This document shows positions 47,723 through 57,043 of a DNA stretch of 62,326 bases, piece after piece. Source of the stretch: an uncultured Spongiibacteraceae bacterium (GTDB taxonomy: Bacteria > Pseudomonadota > Gammaproteobacteria > Pseudomonadales > Dasaniaceae); the NCBI GenBank assembly GCA_964401565.1, contig CAYNZI010000001.1, forward strand, positions 1-62,326, written 5' to 3'. Within the stretch, counting starts at the first letter, position 1. Every line of letters starts with the position of its first letter. A program made the translations under genes and the position numbers. The notes beneath the pieces were generated by a model that was not told the origin of the DNA, did not search any database, and saw nothing but the letters and a program-made list of their open reading frames with translations.

Positions 47723-48652
47723 ATGAAGAAATCTATTCGTTTTGTTGTGCTGTCGGCTGTCTGCCTGCTTCTATCTGCCTGTGGCGGCTCAGGTCCTGGC
47801 GAGGATCTGCTGGAGGAGGAAATGTCTGGCCGACTGCCAGCCGCTTGGCAGCAGCTGGAGTTTGATGCTCAAGAGTCCATACCGCTTGGCGAGGGCACTG
47901 GTCGGTATCGAACTGAGTTCGAGATCCTTATCGCTCCTCGGGTTGATTTATACAGCCAGAAAGGCCGGTTTGAGGGTGTCTATTTGATTGAAAAGCAAGT
48001 GGAGGCATCAGCTCCATTTAAGATGAAGGGTTACATCGACTCGGTGCCAGCAGCGAATGACAGCTGGGCGAACACCTTTGTTGGACATTATACGTTGCCT
48101 GAATTGGCTTACCGACCTCTTACCGACTTCCCAATGGCTGTCGTGGCTGGCGGCGAAGAACACCTGAAATTGGTGCGCGCCGCCAAAGACGCCGAAGAGG
48201 CAAGAGGTGAGGAGGCAGCGCGTCAAATGGCGGCAGAAAGAGAGGCGGCAGAGCGAAAGCAGCAGGCCTCTGCGGCTCAAGCAAAGCAGGTTAAAGCAGA
48301 TCAGGCATCGATGCTGAAAAGATTTTTAACCGGCAAAAATAAGCTGGTGGCTAGTCGTGACATGTACACATTTTCAATTGTTAAGTTTGATGAGCCGTCA
48401 GGTCTTTTTGTGGGTGGCCGTAAAGATAAGAACGGTCGTTACCGCTGGTTTTACGAGGGTAAGCTGGCTGAGGATGGCCTTAGCTTGTCATTTACTGATA
48501 GCGTGAAAGAAGAAAAACATCGCAGCCGCGACGAGTGGAAAGATAAAAAAGCGAAGTGCCTGGGCGAGATGTCTTTCAAGAAGGGCATGGAGTTGTATGT
48601 GAATATGAACTCATGCTTTTTTAATGGCCGTTATAAATTGTCTGAGGTTTAA
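47723..48652 (+). CDS. Lipoprotein with central Ala/Glu-rich coiled coil
   Basis: Lipobox LSAC; EEARGEEAARQMAAEREAAERK helix. Confidence 0.8.
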   Translation: MKKSIRFVVLSAVCLLLSACGGSGPGEDLLEEEMSGRLPAAWQQLEFDAQESIPLGEGTGRYRTEFEILIAPRVDLYSQKGRFEGVYLIEKQVEASAPFKMKGYIDSVPAANDSWANTFVGHYTLPELAYRPLTDFPMAVVAGGEEHLKLVRAAKDAEEARGEEAARQMAAEREAAERKQQASAAQAKQVKADQASMLKRFLTGKNKLVASRDMYTFSIVKFDEPSGLFVGGRKDKNGRYRWFYEGKLAEDGLSLSFTDSVKEEKHRSRDEWKDKKAKCLGEMSFKKGMELYVNMNSCFFNGRYKLSEV

Positions 48653-48701
48653 TTTATCGTGAGTGACTTTATAAAGTTTTTGAAGAGTGGGAGCTGTAGC
48701 T

Positions 48702-49157
48702 ATGAATAGTGGTCACATAAAGGCGGTTAATGCGCTTCGGTTAATCGCACTATCGACTACGGCAATCAAGGCTATGTGTTTTGATGTGCTTGAAGAGAGC
48801 CCCGAGCTAATTAAGTCTGAGTTAAGTAAAACCTGCTGGGCGGCTGAGTTTCCTGATTTAAGGAGCGCTGTAATCGCTCAGTTTGGTCATGCTCCTATTG
48901 TATGGCAGTCAAGTTATAGACTGCATGAAGCGCCAAAGGATTTAATCGGCTGGAGCGTGACCGTCTCAGGCTTTGAGGGTGGGACGGCAAGTGTCAGTGT
49001 TGTGCAACAGGGCGACGACATTCACAAGGACTTCACAACTACGCAAGAAGCCCACGATTGGCTTTTTAACTTTACTGAGTGCGAAAAGTGGGGCTTGCTT
49101 GAGTGTGAATCTGAGTATGATTTTCGAGAAGACCATTTCCTCAATATAAAATATTAG
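48702..49157 (+). CDS. Hypothetical protein
   Basis: RBS ggag, ATG. Confidence 0.6.
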   Translation: MNSGHIKAVNALRLIALSTTAIKAMCFDVLEESPELIKSELSKTCWAAEFPDLRSAVIAQFGHAPIVWQSSYRLHEAPKDLIGWSVTVSGFEGGTASVSVVQQGDDIHKDFTTTQEAHDWLFNFTECEKWGLLECESEYDFREDHFLNIKY

Positions 49158-49190
49158 ATCTACGACCGTAGGTTTTTTTACCCCTAAGAA

Positions 49191-49241
49191 AATCTGATTA
49201 ACACGCCTTATGTCCGATACTGTTTAGTATTGGACATAAGG
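49191..49241. other. Candidate tyrosine-recombinase (dif/res-like) site
   Basis: 11-6-11 core aatctgattaa-cacgcc-ttatgtccgat; 16-bp inverted repeat 49206-49221/49226-49241 with one mismatch. Confidence 0.55.
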
Positions 49242-49313
49242 TATGGTTGCTGTTATTTTGATTTTTGAGTCTGATAAGTATGCCGATTCGGCGGTAAAAA
49301 CAGGGAGTTAAAG

Positions 49314-49943
49314 ATGCAGTACGCAGTGATGGCGTTTGGAAGCGGTGAGAAACAAATGAACCTCCTTATGGCAGCTAATGAACTTCAGGCTGTTCAGGGG
49401 GCTATGGAATCTGACGACCCTGGCAACTTCATTAGTGAAAGTATGCCCAGCGATGACTATGAAGAAGGTCTTGGATTGCGGGTTGTGTATGGCTGTTATA
49501 AGCCGCAGGCCGATTGTGGCTTTCCTCAAGCAGAGCTTTATCGGCAGATCGAAGAGGCTAAGAATGTGTGGCTCGCCCACTTAGACGGCGAGCGAGTGGT
49601 TCATATCGGGATTGAGGATGTGGTTATTCATAAGCACCCTGTACTCAGGGCCGGTTGCGGACACAACAATTGCAGTAAGCTGCACAAAACCAAAGATGTA
49701 GCCTTTAGCGCCCTGGTTAAAGCTCCGAAGGATATAGATTTTGGCAGCAAAAAGACTCAAGGGATTACTGCGTTTGTCCGTTACTTCGAGCAGATGGATG
49801 TGATGTCAAATGTACTTGAAAGAATGGGTGTGTTTTGCTTCAAAGCTGAAGAACGTCGATTCAGTAAGGTCGTAACCTCGGACAATTGGAAGTCAATGTG
49901 CGACAGCAAGCGAGCCGTCTCTGCTGCGCAGCTGGCCATCTAA
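49314..49943 (+). CDS. Hypothetical protein
   Basis: RBS gggag; directly upstream of the recombinase. Confidence 0.65.
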   Translation: MQYAVMAFGSGEKQMNLLMAANELQAVQGAMESDDPGNFISESMPSDDYEEGLGLRVVYGCYKPQADCGFPQAELYRQIEEAKNVWLAHLDGERVVHIGIEDVVIHKHPVLRAGCGHNNCSKLHKTKDVAFSALVKAPKDIDFGSKKTQGITAFVRYFEQMDVMSNVLERMGVFCFKAEERRFSKVVTSDNWKSMCDSKRAVSAAQLAI

Positions 49944-49950
49944 AACCAAT

Positions 49951-51213
49951 ATGCGCTTATCAAAAGCCCCCTCCCCACTTTATCCACCCTACTCTTCTCT
50001 TTCTACGACTACACTTGCCGACTTGCCGACAGTGGCGCTCCTGATCGATCAGGGCGAGGATTGGTGGCTTGCCCAATGGGGTTGGGGGAAAGAGTTCTTA
50101 TCTTTTATAGGACGGAACAAATCCGAGCATACTTTCACTAGATTCCGCACTGAAGTGGAAAGGTATCTCTTGTGGTCATTTCAAATTAAGTGCGCCCCTA
50201 TTAATGAGTTCCGTAAAGCAGATGTTTTAGAATTCATCGATTTTTGTTGGTGTCCTTCTGGTGCATGGGTCGGCACGGCAAATATTGATCGTTTTCGATT
50301 GTTTGAGGGGCAGCTGGTCGCTAATTCTGGCTGGCGTCCCTACGTCCTTAATATCTCTAAAAGTAAGCGCAAGCGCATCGAAATCGCGGGTCTGGATGTT
50401 AAGCACGACAAAAAAAGCTATCGGCCTTCAGCTCAATCCTTGGAAGCCGTATTCACCGCCCTCTCCTCTTTCTATAACCATTTGTATGAGCGAGAAATTT
50501 GTTTCGGGAACCCTGTAAAGATTGCGAAAAAAGACTGCCGACATCTGATTAAATTTACGGATAAGCAGGAGGTTAAGCGATTGTCCGGTGATCAGTGGGA
50601 CTATGTGCTGGGCACTGCAAGAATTATGGCTGATGCCGACTCATTGCATGAGCGAAGCCTGTTTGTTGTAGCCACATTAAAAAGCCACTTCCTGAGGGTT
50701 TCTGAATTGTCTGAGCGCCCTGCCTGGGCTCCAGTCATGGGACACTTCTATCGTAATAATGAGGGCAACTGGCTGTTAAAGATTTTCGGCAAGATGCGTA
50801 AGGTTCGCGATGTGACCGTGCCCGATGCCTACCTGTACTATTTGGATCGATACCGCCGACATCGAGGACTAAGCGGCTTGCCCCTGTCGGGTGATAAAGA
50901 GCCAATAGTCTCAAAGGTGCGCGGCCAAGGCGGTATGTCCAGTCGGCACCTGACTAGAATTATCCAGAGTGTTTTTGATGAGGCCTTCAACAAAATGAAG
51001 GCTGAATTGGGCGAGGTGAAAGCTGATGATCTGTTGGCGGCGTCAGCTCACTGGCTTAGGCATACCGGCGCGAGTATGGAGGTTGAGCGTGGCACACCGA
51101 TCAAAGAAATTTCGGAGGAGCTGGGGCACAGCAGCTCGCAGTTTACTGATAGTCAGTATGTCCATAGTGACCTGAAGGCTAGAATTGATCGCGGCAAGCT
51201 GCGCGATGTTTAA
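49951..51213 (+). CDS. Tyrosine recombinase (XerC-like, probable resolvase)
   Basis: Catalytic set LRVSE, GK..KVR, HWLRHT, LGH, Y in SQYVH. Confidence 0.93.
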   Translation: MRLSKAPSPLYPPYSSLSTTTLADLPTVALLIDQGEDWWLAQWGWGKEFLSFIGRNKSEHTFTRFRTEVERYLLWSFQIKCAPINEFRKADVLEFIDFCWCPSGAWVGTANIDRFRLFEGQLVANSGWRPYVLNISKSKRKRIEIAGLDVKHDKKSYRPSAQSLEAVFTALSSFYNHLYEREICFGNPVKIAKKDCRHLIKFTDKQEVKRLSGDQWDYVLGTARIMADADSLHERSLFVVATLKSHFLRVSELSERPAWAPVMGHFYRNNEGNWLLKIFGKMRKVRDVTVPDAYLYYLDRYRRHRGLSGLPLSGDKEPIVSKVRGQGGMSSRHLTRIIQSVFDEAFNKMKAELGEVKADDLLAASAHWLRHTGASMEVERGTPIKEISEELGHSSSQFTDSQYVHSDLKARIDRGKLRDV

Positions 51214-51217
51214 ATCC

Positions 51218-51538
51218 TCAGTGGCGTGTAATTATCCCTGGTGAATCATCCGCGACGACCAGTGGGTTAGTGTTGATGATAGTTCCGGCATCTTGCGGAG
51301 CGAGTGTGGATATATTTGAGTTTAGGAATAACCTGGGGGGATTCTTTTCGGTGTTTCTACCGCCGAACAGGAGGGTATTCCTGTCGAAGGCGTGAATGAT
51401 TCCACACCATTGTTTCCCCAGCCCATCGCGTAGTGCAAGTTCAAGACCTTCTTCTAGCGCAGCTTGAAGAAATGCGTACCGGCAGTGCCAAGTGCGATTT
51501 ATTTTTCTGTCTGGGTGCTTCTTTGATTTTTTAGTCAA
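51218..51538 (-). CDS. Divergent Hfq/Sm-fold protein
   Basis: FL-x16-G-x4-G-x-I-x2-FD then IST-x2-P, the spacing of Hfq Sm1/Sm2; start overlaps upstream stop. Confidence 0.7.
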   Translation of the reverse strand: MTKKSKKHPDRKINRTWHCRYAFLQAALEEGLELALRDGLGKQWCGIIHAFDRNTLLFGGRNTEKNPPRLFLNSNISTLAPQDAGTIINTNPLVVADDSPGIITRH

Positions 51539-52028
51539 ACTCCCTGACTCCCTTGGCTGTTCTCATTTTCTCTACCCGAAGTCTTATTATTGCTGCAATT
51601 TCCTTTGGTGATTTGACCGCGCTGAGTTCGAGTTGTGGCAGTGTTTTATCTGATGAATAGATCGTTACGTTGCCCAGACCGAATATCCTCAGCAGAATCG
51701 GCCTGCTAACGCCTGCATCTTTAACTCTATAAAGCTCAATTGGATCTATGTCCTGGTTAATGACGCCGTGGGTGTAAATCAATTCTTCTAGTGTGATTTG
51801 GTAGGTTTTGCACTGTACAACTAAGAATGACCAGAAGGCATAGCTGATACCAATGAGAATAAATACCAATGCTATATTTTTGGAGTTACCGGAAAGCTGA
51901 TCGATGTGCGGGAGCTTGCTGATTATTTCCGGCGTAAAGAAGCCGATTAATGTGATTATTATGGCGAGTAAGAAATTGCCGGTATTTGTTAGCTGTGATG
52001 TTCTGTAAATCATTATTGATTTATCCAT
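51531..52028 (-). CDS. Membrane-flanked bacterial PH-domain protein (bPH_2/DUF304)
   Basis: Two TMs; Y.IT...GVI..IELYRVKD..RIFGLGNV..SSDKTLP. Confidence 0.9.
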   Translation of the reverse strand: MDKSIMIYRTSQLTNTGNFLLAIIITLIGFFTPEIISKLPHIDQLSGNSKNIALVFILIGISYAFWSFLVVQCKTYQITLEELIYTHGVINQDIDPIELYRVKDAGVSRPILLRIFGLGNVTIYSSDKTLPQLELSAVKSPKEIAAIIRLRVEKMRTAKGVREFD

Positions 52029-52135
52029 GCCGTAGGCCCTCTAGTCAAAATCCATTATTTCCGGTCAAATCTATAATCACTTGTAACGGGGTATTTTATT
52101 GCCGTGACGACCCCAGCTACAAGGCTAAGAATTAG

Positions 52136-52408
52136 CTATGCAGTTAGACCTATTAAGCTCCAAACATCTTTAATTATTCCAGCTTGCTTAAGGACAACAT
52201 ATAAAGCAGCGAACACAAGCACTTGCACCAGATAATACTGTGTTGACAGCTTAAACTTACCGAACCCCATAGTGTCTCGAATGTAAGTCAAATAATTTGG
52301 CTTGTAACCCTCGATTACCTCAAGCTCTAATTTAAGCTTGGCCTTCCTAGCGTTGCGGTATTCTCCGTAGCTCATGCCGTTTAGCATAGCTTTTATATGG
52401 TCAAACAT
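52136..52408 (-). CDS. Small membrane protein
   Basis: C-terminal TM; RBS aagg. Confidence 0.65.
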   Translation of the reverse strand: MFDHIKAMLNGMSYGEYRNARKAKLKLELEVIEGYKPNYLTYIRDTMGFGKFKLSTQYYLVQVLVFAALYVVLKQAGIIKDVWSLIGLTA

Positions 52409-52442
52409 ATTTAGCCTTTCCCTTTAGTTAGCGGCAAGAATA

Positions 52443-52658
52443 TTAGGCGGCAAGATGCCCAGACTCCTTACTCGCCTGATCCTTTTTTGCTTTTAGTAAC
52501 TCAAATAAAGGAATGACAATCGCGAGCGATATCCCGCCCATATAAAGCCCGTCCATTAAATCTTTACCTGGAAGTGCTAAGCAGAGAAATACGTCCATTA
52601 CGGCTATGGCTAAAAAAAGAGGGTAAATACTTTTACGATCCATATTGTGTTTCTGCAT
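52443..52658 (-). CDS. Small two-TM protein
   Basis: Two hydrophobic segments, basic tail; 2 nt after upstream stop. Confidence 0.65.
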   Translation of the reverse strand: MQKHNMDRKSIYPLFLAIAVMDVFLCLALPGKDLMDGLYMGGISLAIVIPLFELLKAKKDQASKESGHLAA

Positions 52659-52660
52659 TG

Positions 52661-52978
52661 TTACTCGCCTTTTTTCTGTTTAAGTGGTGGGCTCAAATAG
52701 TCCGCGATATTTTGAAGGTTTTTTTGGCTCAAGTTCTCTGTCGGTACCCCCTCCTTCTCAAGAACATCTTTAATAATCAGTGAATTGATGGCTCTACTAA
52801 TAGGCGGTGTTACACCTACTTTGCCCGTTTCGTACTCATTCAACCGGCCCTTAGTAAGGTTTCGTCCGGTTAGGGTACTTAGCTCTTGTACCGCAGTCGT
52901 GTATTCACTGCTGGTATCGCTGGCCCTGTCTTCCTGGGCTTTCTCCCGCCAGAACGTAATCTGATTTTTTGCTGCCAT
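52661..52978 (-). CDS. Xre-like HTH regulator divergent from rep
   Basis: ELSTLTGRNLTKGRLNEYETGK. Confidence 0.65.
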   Translation of the reverse strand: MAAKNQITFWREKAQEDRASDTSSEYTTAVQELSTLTGRNLTKGRLNEYETGKVGVTPPISRAINSLIIKDVLEKEGVPTENLSQKNLQNIADYLSPPLKQKKGE

Positions 52979-53005
52979 AATGATTGTCTTTATATTAAAA
53001 AATGT

Positions 53006-53049
53006 TTGTGCAAACCCATGTCATGGAGTATAGTCCATATCGTGGAGTA
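53006..53049 (+). promoter_or_regulatory. rep promoter with two operators
   Basis: TTGTGC-17-TATAGT; ccatgtcatggagta and ccatatcgtggagta flank the -10. Confidence 0.65.
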
Positions 53050-53066
53050 AGTGAAGAGATAATTTT

Positions 53067-53966
53067 ATGAGTGAGTTAGTAGAGCGTTTAAAAACAGGCG
53101 GTGCGGTTCGCCGCGAAAAGCTGATAGTTGATTTTAAGTCTAGGGATGTCCGTTATCCAAAATTCCTAACTGAGGTACCGCTCTTTTCTCCAGTGAAGAT
53201 GAGAAAGACTGCCTCGGCCAATGATGAAGAAGGCTATAAGTTTTACACACTGAACGGTTATGTCGAGCGTCACGGCCCTGGTCTTAATATGTTTGATCAG
53301 GATACGTTAATTGCTCTGTTACAGCTGGTACCAAGCTTCCGGCTAGAGGGCCCAGCGAGCAACCTACCCATCCCCTTGTCGATGGAAACCGGCAAGGATG
53401 CACAAGGCAACGATACAGTCGTTGTTTTAAGTGGCAGGACTACGGCCCGACAAGTAAACAAATATCTCGGTCGCAGCTTTTCCGATGAGGATCTGCAATT
53501 TACGCGGGACTCTATTAAAAGGTTGTCGTTGACGGTTATGTTTATTTGCACCGATTGTTTTTCTGACACTGAGAATTTCGAGGGCAACGAATACTTTTTT
53601 AAGTATCGTGGATCTTCTGACTTTAAAGGCAGTCTGCAATTTCAATTCTCACCTGGGATGGTGACGCTTCTTCAAAACTACGCGACTATTAATCTTGATG
53701 TTAGAAAGAAGCTCAGCCCTACAGGCAAGGCTGTCCATATTTATATGTCGGGTCATCAGAGCGACCAAATACATCTTACTGATTTAAAATCGATGGTCGC
53801 GCCAGCGCAGGCACTCCCAGAGTTTCGCAGGGCCCTTCTTGGAAAGAAGGGGCGCAAGGGGCAGCTTGAGGTGATGAAGGCGTGTGGATTTTTGGCAGAG
53901 GCCACAATTGACGGTAATGGGAAGTCAGCACCCTACATTTTAACCTGGGAGCGAGTCACAGTATGA
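53067..53966 (+). CDS. TrfA-like plasmid replication initiator
   Basis: PLFSP, GPGLNMFDQDTLIAL, SIKRL, INLDVRKKL resemble TrfA-family Reps; iteron array directly downstream. Confidence 0.8.
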   Translation: MSELVERLKTGGAVRREKLIVDFKSRDVRYPKFLTEVPLFSPVKMRKTASANDEEGYKFYTLNGYVERHGPGLNMFDQDTLIALLQLVPSFRLEGPASNLPIPLSMETGKDAQGNDTVVVLSGRTTARQVNKYLGRSFSDEDLQFTRDSIKRLSLTVMFICTDCFSDTENFEGNEYFFKYRGSSDFKGSLQFQFSPGMVTLLQNYATINLDVRKKLSPTGKAVHIYMSGHQSDQIHLTDLKSMVAPAQALPEFRRALLGKKGRKGQLEVMKACGFLAEATIDGNGKSAPYILTWERVTV

Positions 53967-53968
53967 GA

Positions 53969-54230
53969 GCGGGTATGCGCCCATCCTCCCACGGCAAAAG
54001 ACTCTCAACCCAACCTGCTGCCATGACATCTAGTGTTTCAGGCCAGAATTCCAAGCGGGTAAACGCCCATTTTGTGCGGGTAAATGCCCATTTTGTGCGG
54101 GTAAATGCCCATCTGTAGGTGTGGTAAACAGGAGAGTCGTCGCGGGTATGTGCCCATGACTAGAGGGTAAATGCCCATGACTAGCGGGTATATGCCCATG
54201 CCGGTGCGTATTGTGCGGGTATATGCCCAT
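53969..54230 (+). repeat. Iteron array (oriV1), eight 16-bp units GCGGGTAWRYGCCCAT
   Basis: Starts at 53969, 54055, 54076, 54097, 54142, 54163, 54184, 54215; 21-bp period in two triplets; AT-rich tract follows. Confidence 0.92.
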
Positions 54231-54484
54231 CTTGGCGGCAATTTAGGCGCTATTGCAATTAATACAGAGCCTGCCAATATCCACTCATAGTTATTTAGTA
54301 CGGTTAATTGTGTAAGAAAAGATTTTATTACGAGTAAAAACGAGAAAGCCCAGCAGGTAGGGGCAGATTTTTGAATTGGAAAGGTTCGGCGTCTATAAAA
54401 TGCCGGATAAGCCGGAAGGCAAACAACGGAGAGTATCGTAAGCGGACTATTTTAAACTGAAATAATCTGGCCAAGCGCCAGATA

Positions 54485-54533
54485 CAAAAAACTCCCAATT
54501 TTGATGTCCCGCCAAGAACGCAAAATTGAGAGT
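54485..54533. ncRNA. Candidate antisense copy-control hairpin in the rep2 leader
   Basis: actcccaattttg...caaaattgagagt stem, CGCCAA in the loop region, A-run giving a U-tail on the minus strand. Confidence 0.45.
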
Positions 54534-54635
54534 CGATCCCCGTAGGGTGTAAATCCTTTAGAAGTTATTTTAGTCTTCTAATCAGGAATATCAACACCCA
54601 AGGGAACCTTTTGACTTAAATAAAGGCCTTCATGG

Positions 54636-55355
54636 GTGAAAACAAGCTCTAACCTACCTTCTACAGGCAATCGCTGTGGCCACAACCCCCGTAAGATACG
54701 ACAGACGGATGTGGCTACGCGAGGCAAAGGAGGGCAATCTCAAGTCATCCAGCGCATTTCCAGCTTAGCTGGGATGGCTTCGTTTGATCGATGGCGTCTA
54801 CCTACTTGGCAAAATTTGACTCGTACTAAGCCGAAAAGCGAGCGCAGAGAAATCGATTCTGCTGTTATCCAAGTTTTAGTAGCAAATTATTTACAACTCG
54901 ATTCTCTTCGGTGCGGTCATGGCAAAGGAGGGTTTTTAATCGTTCCCGATTTACGTCAGCTTGCACGACAAATACAAGAAGCCCCTGACTGGGCCGCAGT
55001 TGGCGTCAAGGTAACGCACACGCGGGTATTCAATGCATTGGAGCGGCTGGAACTATGCGGCTACATCAAGCGCTCCAAGCGTATTACAAGGCGTAGAGAC
55101 GATGGGCAGCTAATTCGGGGCTCTAGGTTGATCACATTCACCAAGAAGTTCTTTATAGAGCTTGCAGGGAAAAGCCAGAGCCTGTGGCGCGATGTGAAAC
55201 ACGCACTGGATGAAAGACTCGCGAATGAAAACCCCTTCACACTCCAAGACGAAACTCCGCTATTCATAACCAATCACCGGCAGTACAAGCTCATGCTGAG
55301 CGGGAAACTGCTCTTCCCTGGCGATCCCCCGCCACTTCTTTTAAGGGCCGCTTAG
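54636..55355 (+). CDS. Second candidate replication initiator (wHTH RepA-like)
   Basis: GNRCGHNP, SERRE, RVFNALERLELCGYI, ITFTKKFFIEL; DnaA boxes downstream. Confidence 0.65.
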   Translation: MKTSSNLPSTGNRCGHNPRKIRQTDVATRGKGGQSQVIQRISSLAGMASFDRWRLPTWQNLTRTKPKSERREIDSAVIQVLVANYLQLDSLRCGHGKGGFLIVPDLRQLARQIQEAPDWAAVGVKVTHTRVFNALERLELCGYIKRSKRITRRRDDGQLIRGSRLITFTKKFFIELAGKSQSLWRDVKHALDERLANENPFTLQDETPLFITNHRQYKLMLSGKLLFPGDPPPLLLRAA

Positions 55356-55484
55356 GCCGCTCCCCCACGCCCTATCGATACTCTACCAAGGCGCACTGCC
55401 GCCTAAAATTCCACTTTAAGCTCTTTTTTTGCGGGCTTTTTTGTCTCTTTAAAGAAAAGATCTTTTCATACCGGCTCCCGAGCT

Positions 55485-55680
55485 TTATCCACAAAAACAG
55501 GGGATAAACCAGTGGAAAACTCGGGTAAAACTTTGTATTTCTTTGGGTATTTATACTTAAGTCGAACACTCTAAGTGTTCCCATTACTATCAAGATAAAT
55601 CTAATCTTACTAACAAATATCCTGTTGGATATTAATAAGATCAAGTTATAGAGCAAAGAGAGTAGATCAAAAAACAGACA
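55485..55680. other. Candidate oriV2
   Basis: Perfect DnaA box TTATCCACA at 55485-55493, degenerate opposed boxes (aggggataa, agtggaaaa), AT-rich tract with AGATC motifs. Confidence 0.6.
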
Positions 55681-55760
55681 ATTAATGCGCGCCCAAGGGC
55701 TGGTACCTTTTTTGCTCCGCCTCCCTCCGGTCGTTGGTGGTGCTTCCTGCACGTTAGCGC

Positions 55761-56095
55761 GGTACTGGAGGGCCTGGGTGGAGTTGTAGTATTAGTGACT
55801 GTTAATCAGCGATTAACTGGTCGAAATATTGAGGTTCTTACTCCGCCGACACTATACAGCGGTTTATCAGGTGTTAGACCGTCTTAGTTTGGCACTGAGG
55901 GGGATTCCAATGGCTACCCCTCACTGTTGGCTACTTCAGGTTTCACTGGTACTGGAGGGCCTGACTGGGCTTATAGCTTTAGTGACTGTTAATCAGCGAT
56001 TAACTGGTCGAAATATTGAGGTTTTTACTCCGCCGTCACTATTCAGCGGTTTATCAGATGTTAGACCGTCTTAGTTTGGCCGTGAGGGGAATTCC
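55761..56095 (+). repeat. Two 148-bp non-coding direct repeats (55761-55908, 55948-56095)
   Basis: Ungapped alignment, period 187; internal palindrome gttaatc-agc-gattaac. Confidence 0.92.
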
Positions 56096-56555
56096 TGTGA
56101 ATTCTAAAGCTGGCTTGTACTGTTAGCTCTGGCCGGTGCTGTATAGCGATTCTTCAATCCATCTAGGAGATTGTTCTGATCCCCTAAGCGGTAACTGATG
56201 GACAAACCTACGCTCTGCTACGGTATTGACCACAGCTACCTACAGCCTAAGCGATCTTGGCTTACAACCGCGATTAATCAGGCGCTTGAACATATCGTCA
56301 AGGTTATTCGCAGGGCGAGTCGGTTTGCTCAATTATGTGCCCAGGGCCGGTGAGTGGATTTCGTCGCCGGTACCCAGATCCAGATACCAGTCTCCGATCG
56401 CATTTCATCACGGCGGCGTTATCGTTGATGCGGCGATGTTGATTAGCGTTTTTATTTTTAAGGGGCTTATGGCGATGTATTAAGTTATTCCTGGTACGCA
56501 GTGAGATCTTGCGATGCACTGGCTCTCGACTTGTATTTATCACTATTGGCAGGCA

Positions 56556-56584
56556 CAAAAAAACCCGCGACTAAGCGAGTTTTC
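56556..56584 (-). terminator. Terminator of the par operon
   Basis: aaaaaacccgc-gactaa-gcgagtttt. Confidence 0.55.
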
Positions 56585-56605
56585 GAGTATTTTTATTCTT
56601 TCTTT

Positions 56606-57043
56606 TTATCGAGGTTTTTTCTTGTCTTTCCAGAATTCTGAGCTTGGATCTTTTATTTTTTCGTTAATTGCTTCCAGCATGTACTCCAATAGATCACCGC
56701 TAGTCCAGCCTTGTTCATCGCAGAGTACCGTGAAATCATTCGATTTTGAGACTTTGCACCGTACTCCCAATACTGTTGTGGATTCAGTATTTCTTTTAGC
56801 GGTACGGCGAGTGATCTTATCGACCTGTTTAATCGGGATCGTCGGTTTTGCTTTTTTTATAGGTGCAGCGGTCGTAGGTTGGCGTGAAGTAAACCCCGCC
56901 TCCTCCGCCGCTAGTTCTACCACTTCACGACTTACAGCTTGACTGTTGCTTTTAGTGCTGAGGCCTTCGAGGTCTATATTAAAGTCGTTGTCATCGTCAA
57001 GTCCAAAAGCGACCGCTCTTTTTTCAGTTGGCTCTTTACCCAT
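56606..57043 (-). CDS. Type Ib partition adaptor (RHH-like)
   Basis: Overlaps parA stop; GFTSR motif; C-terminal beta-alpha-alpha pattern. Confidence 0.75.
   Translation of the reverse strand: MGKEPTEKRAVAFGLDDDNDFNIDLEGLSTKSNSQAVSREVVELAAEEAGFTSRQPTTAAPIKKAKPTIPIKQVDKITRRTAKRNTESTTVLGVRCKVSKSNDFTVLCDEQGWTSGDLLEYMLEAINEKIKDPSSEFWKDKKKPR

Noticed and set aside
49951-51213. tRNA-targeting ICE integrase with attP
   Set aside because: No tRNA fragment seen by eye; context fits a resolvase better. Integration is not formally excluded without a search.
53969-54277. Repeat array as CRISPR; ORFs 54030-54230 and 54038-54277
   Set aside because: 16-bp units with mostly 5-nt gaps next to a Rep gene and no cas genes are iterons; the MGIYP-repeat ORFs are translation artefacts.
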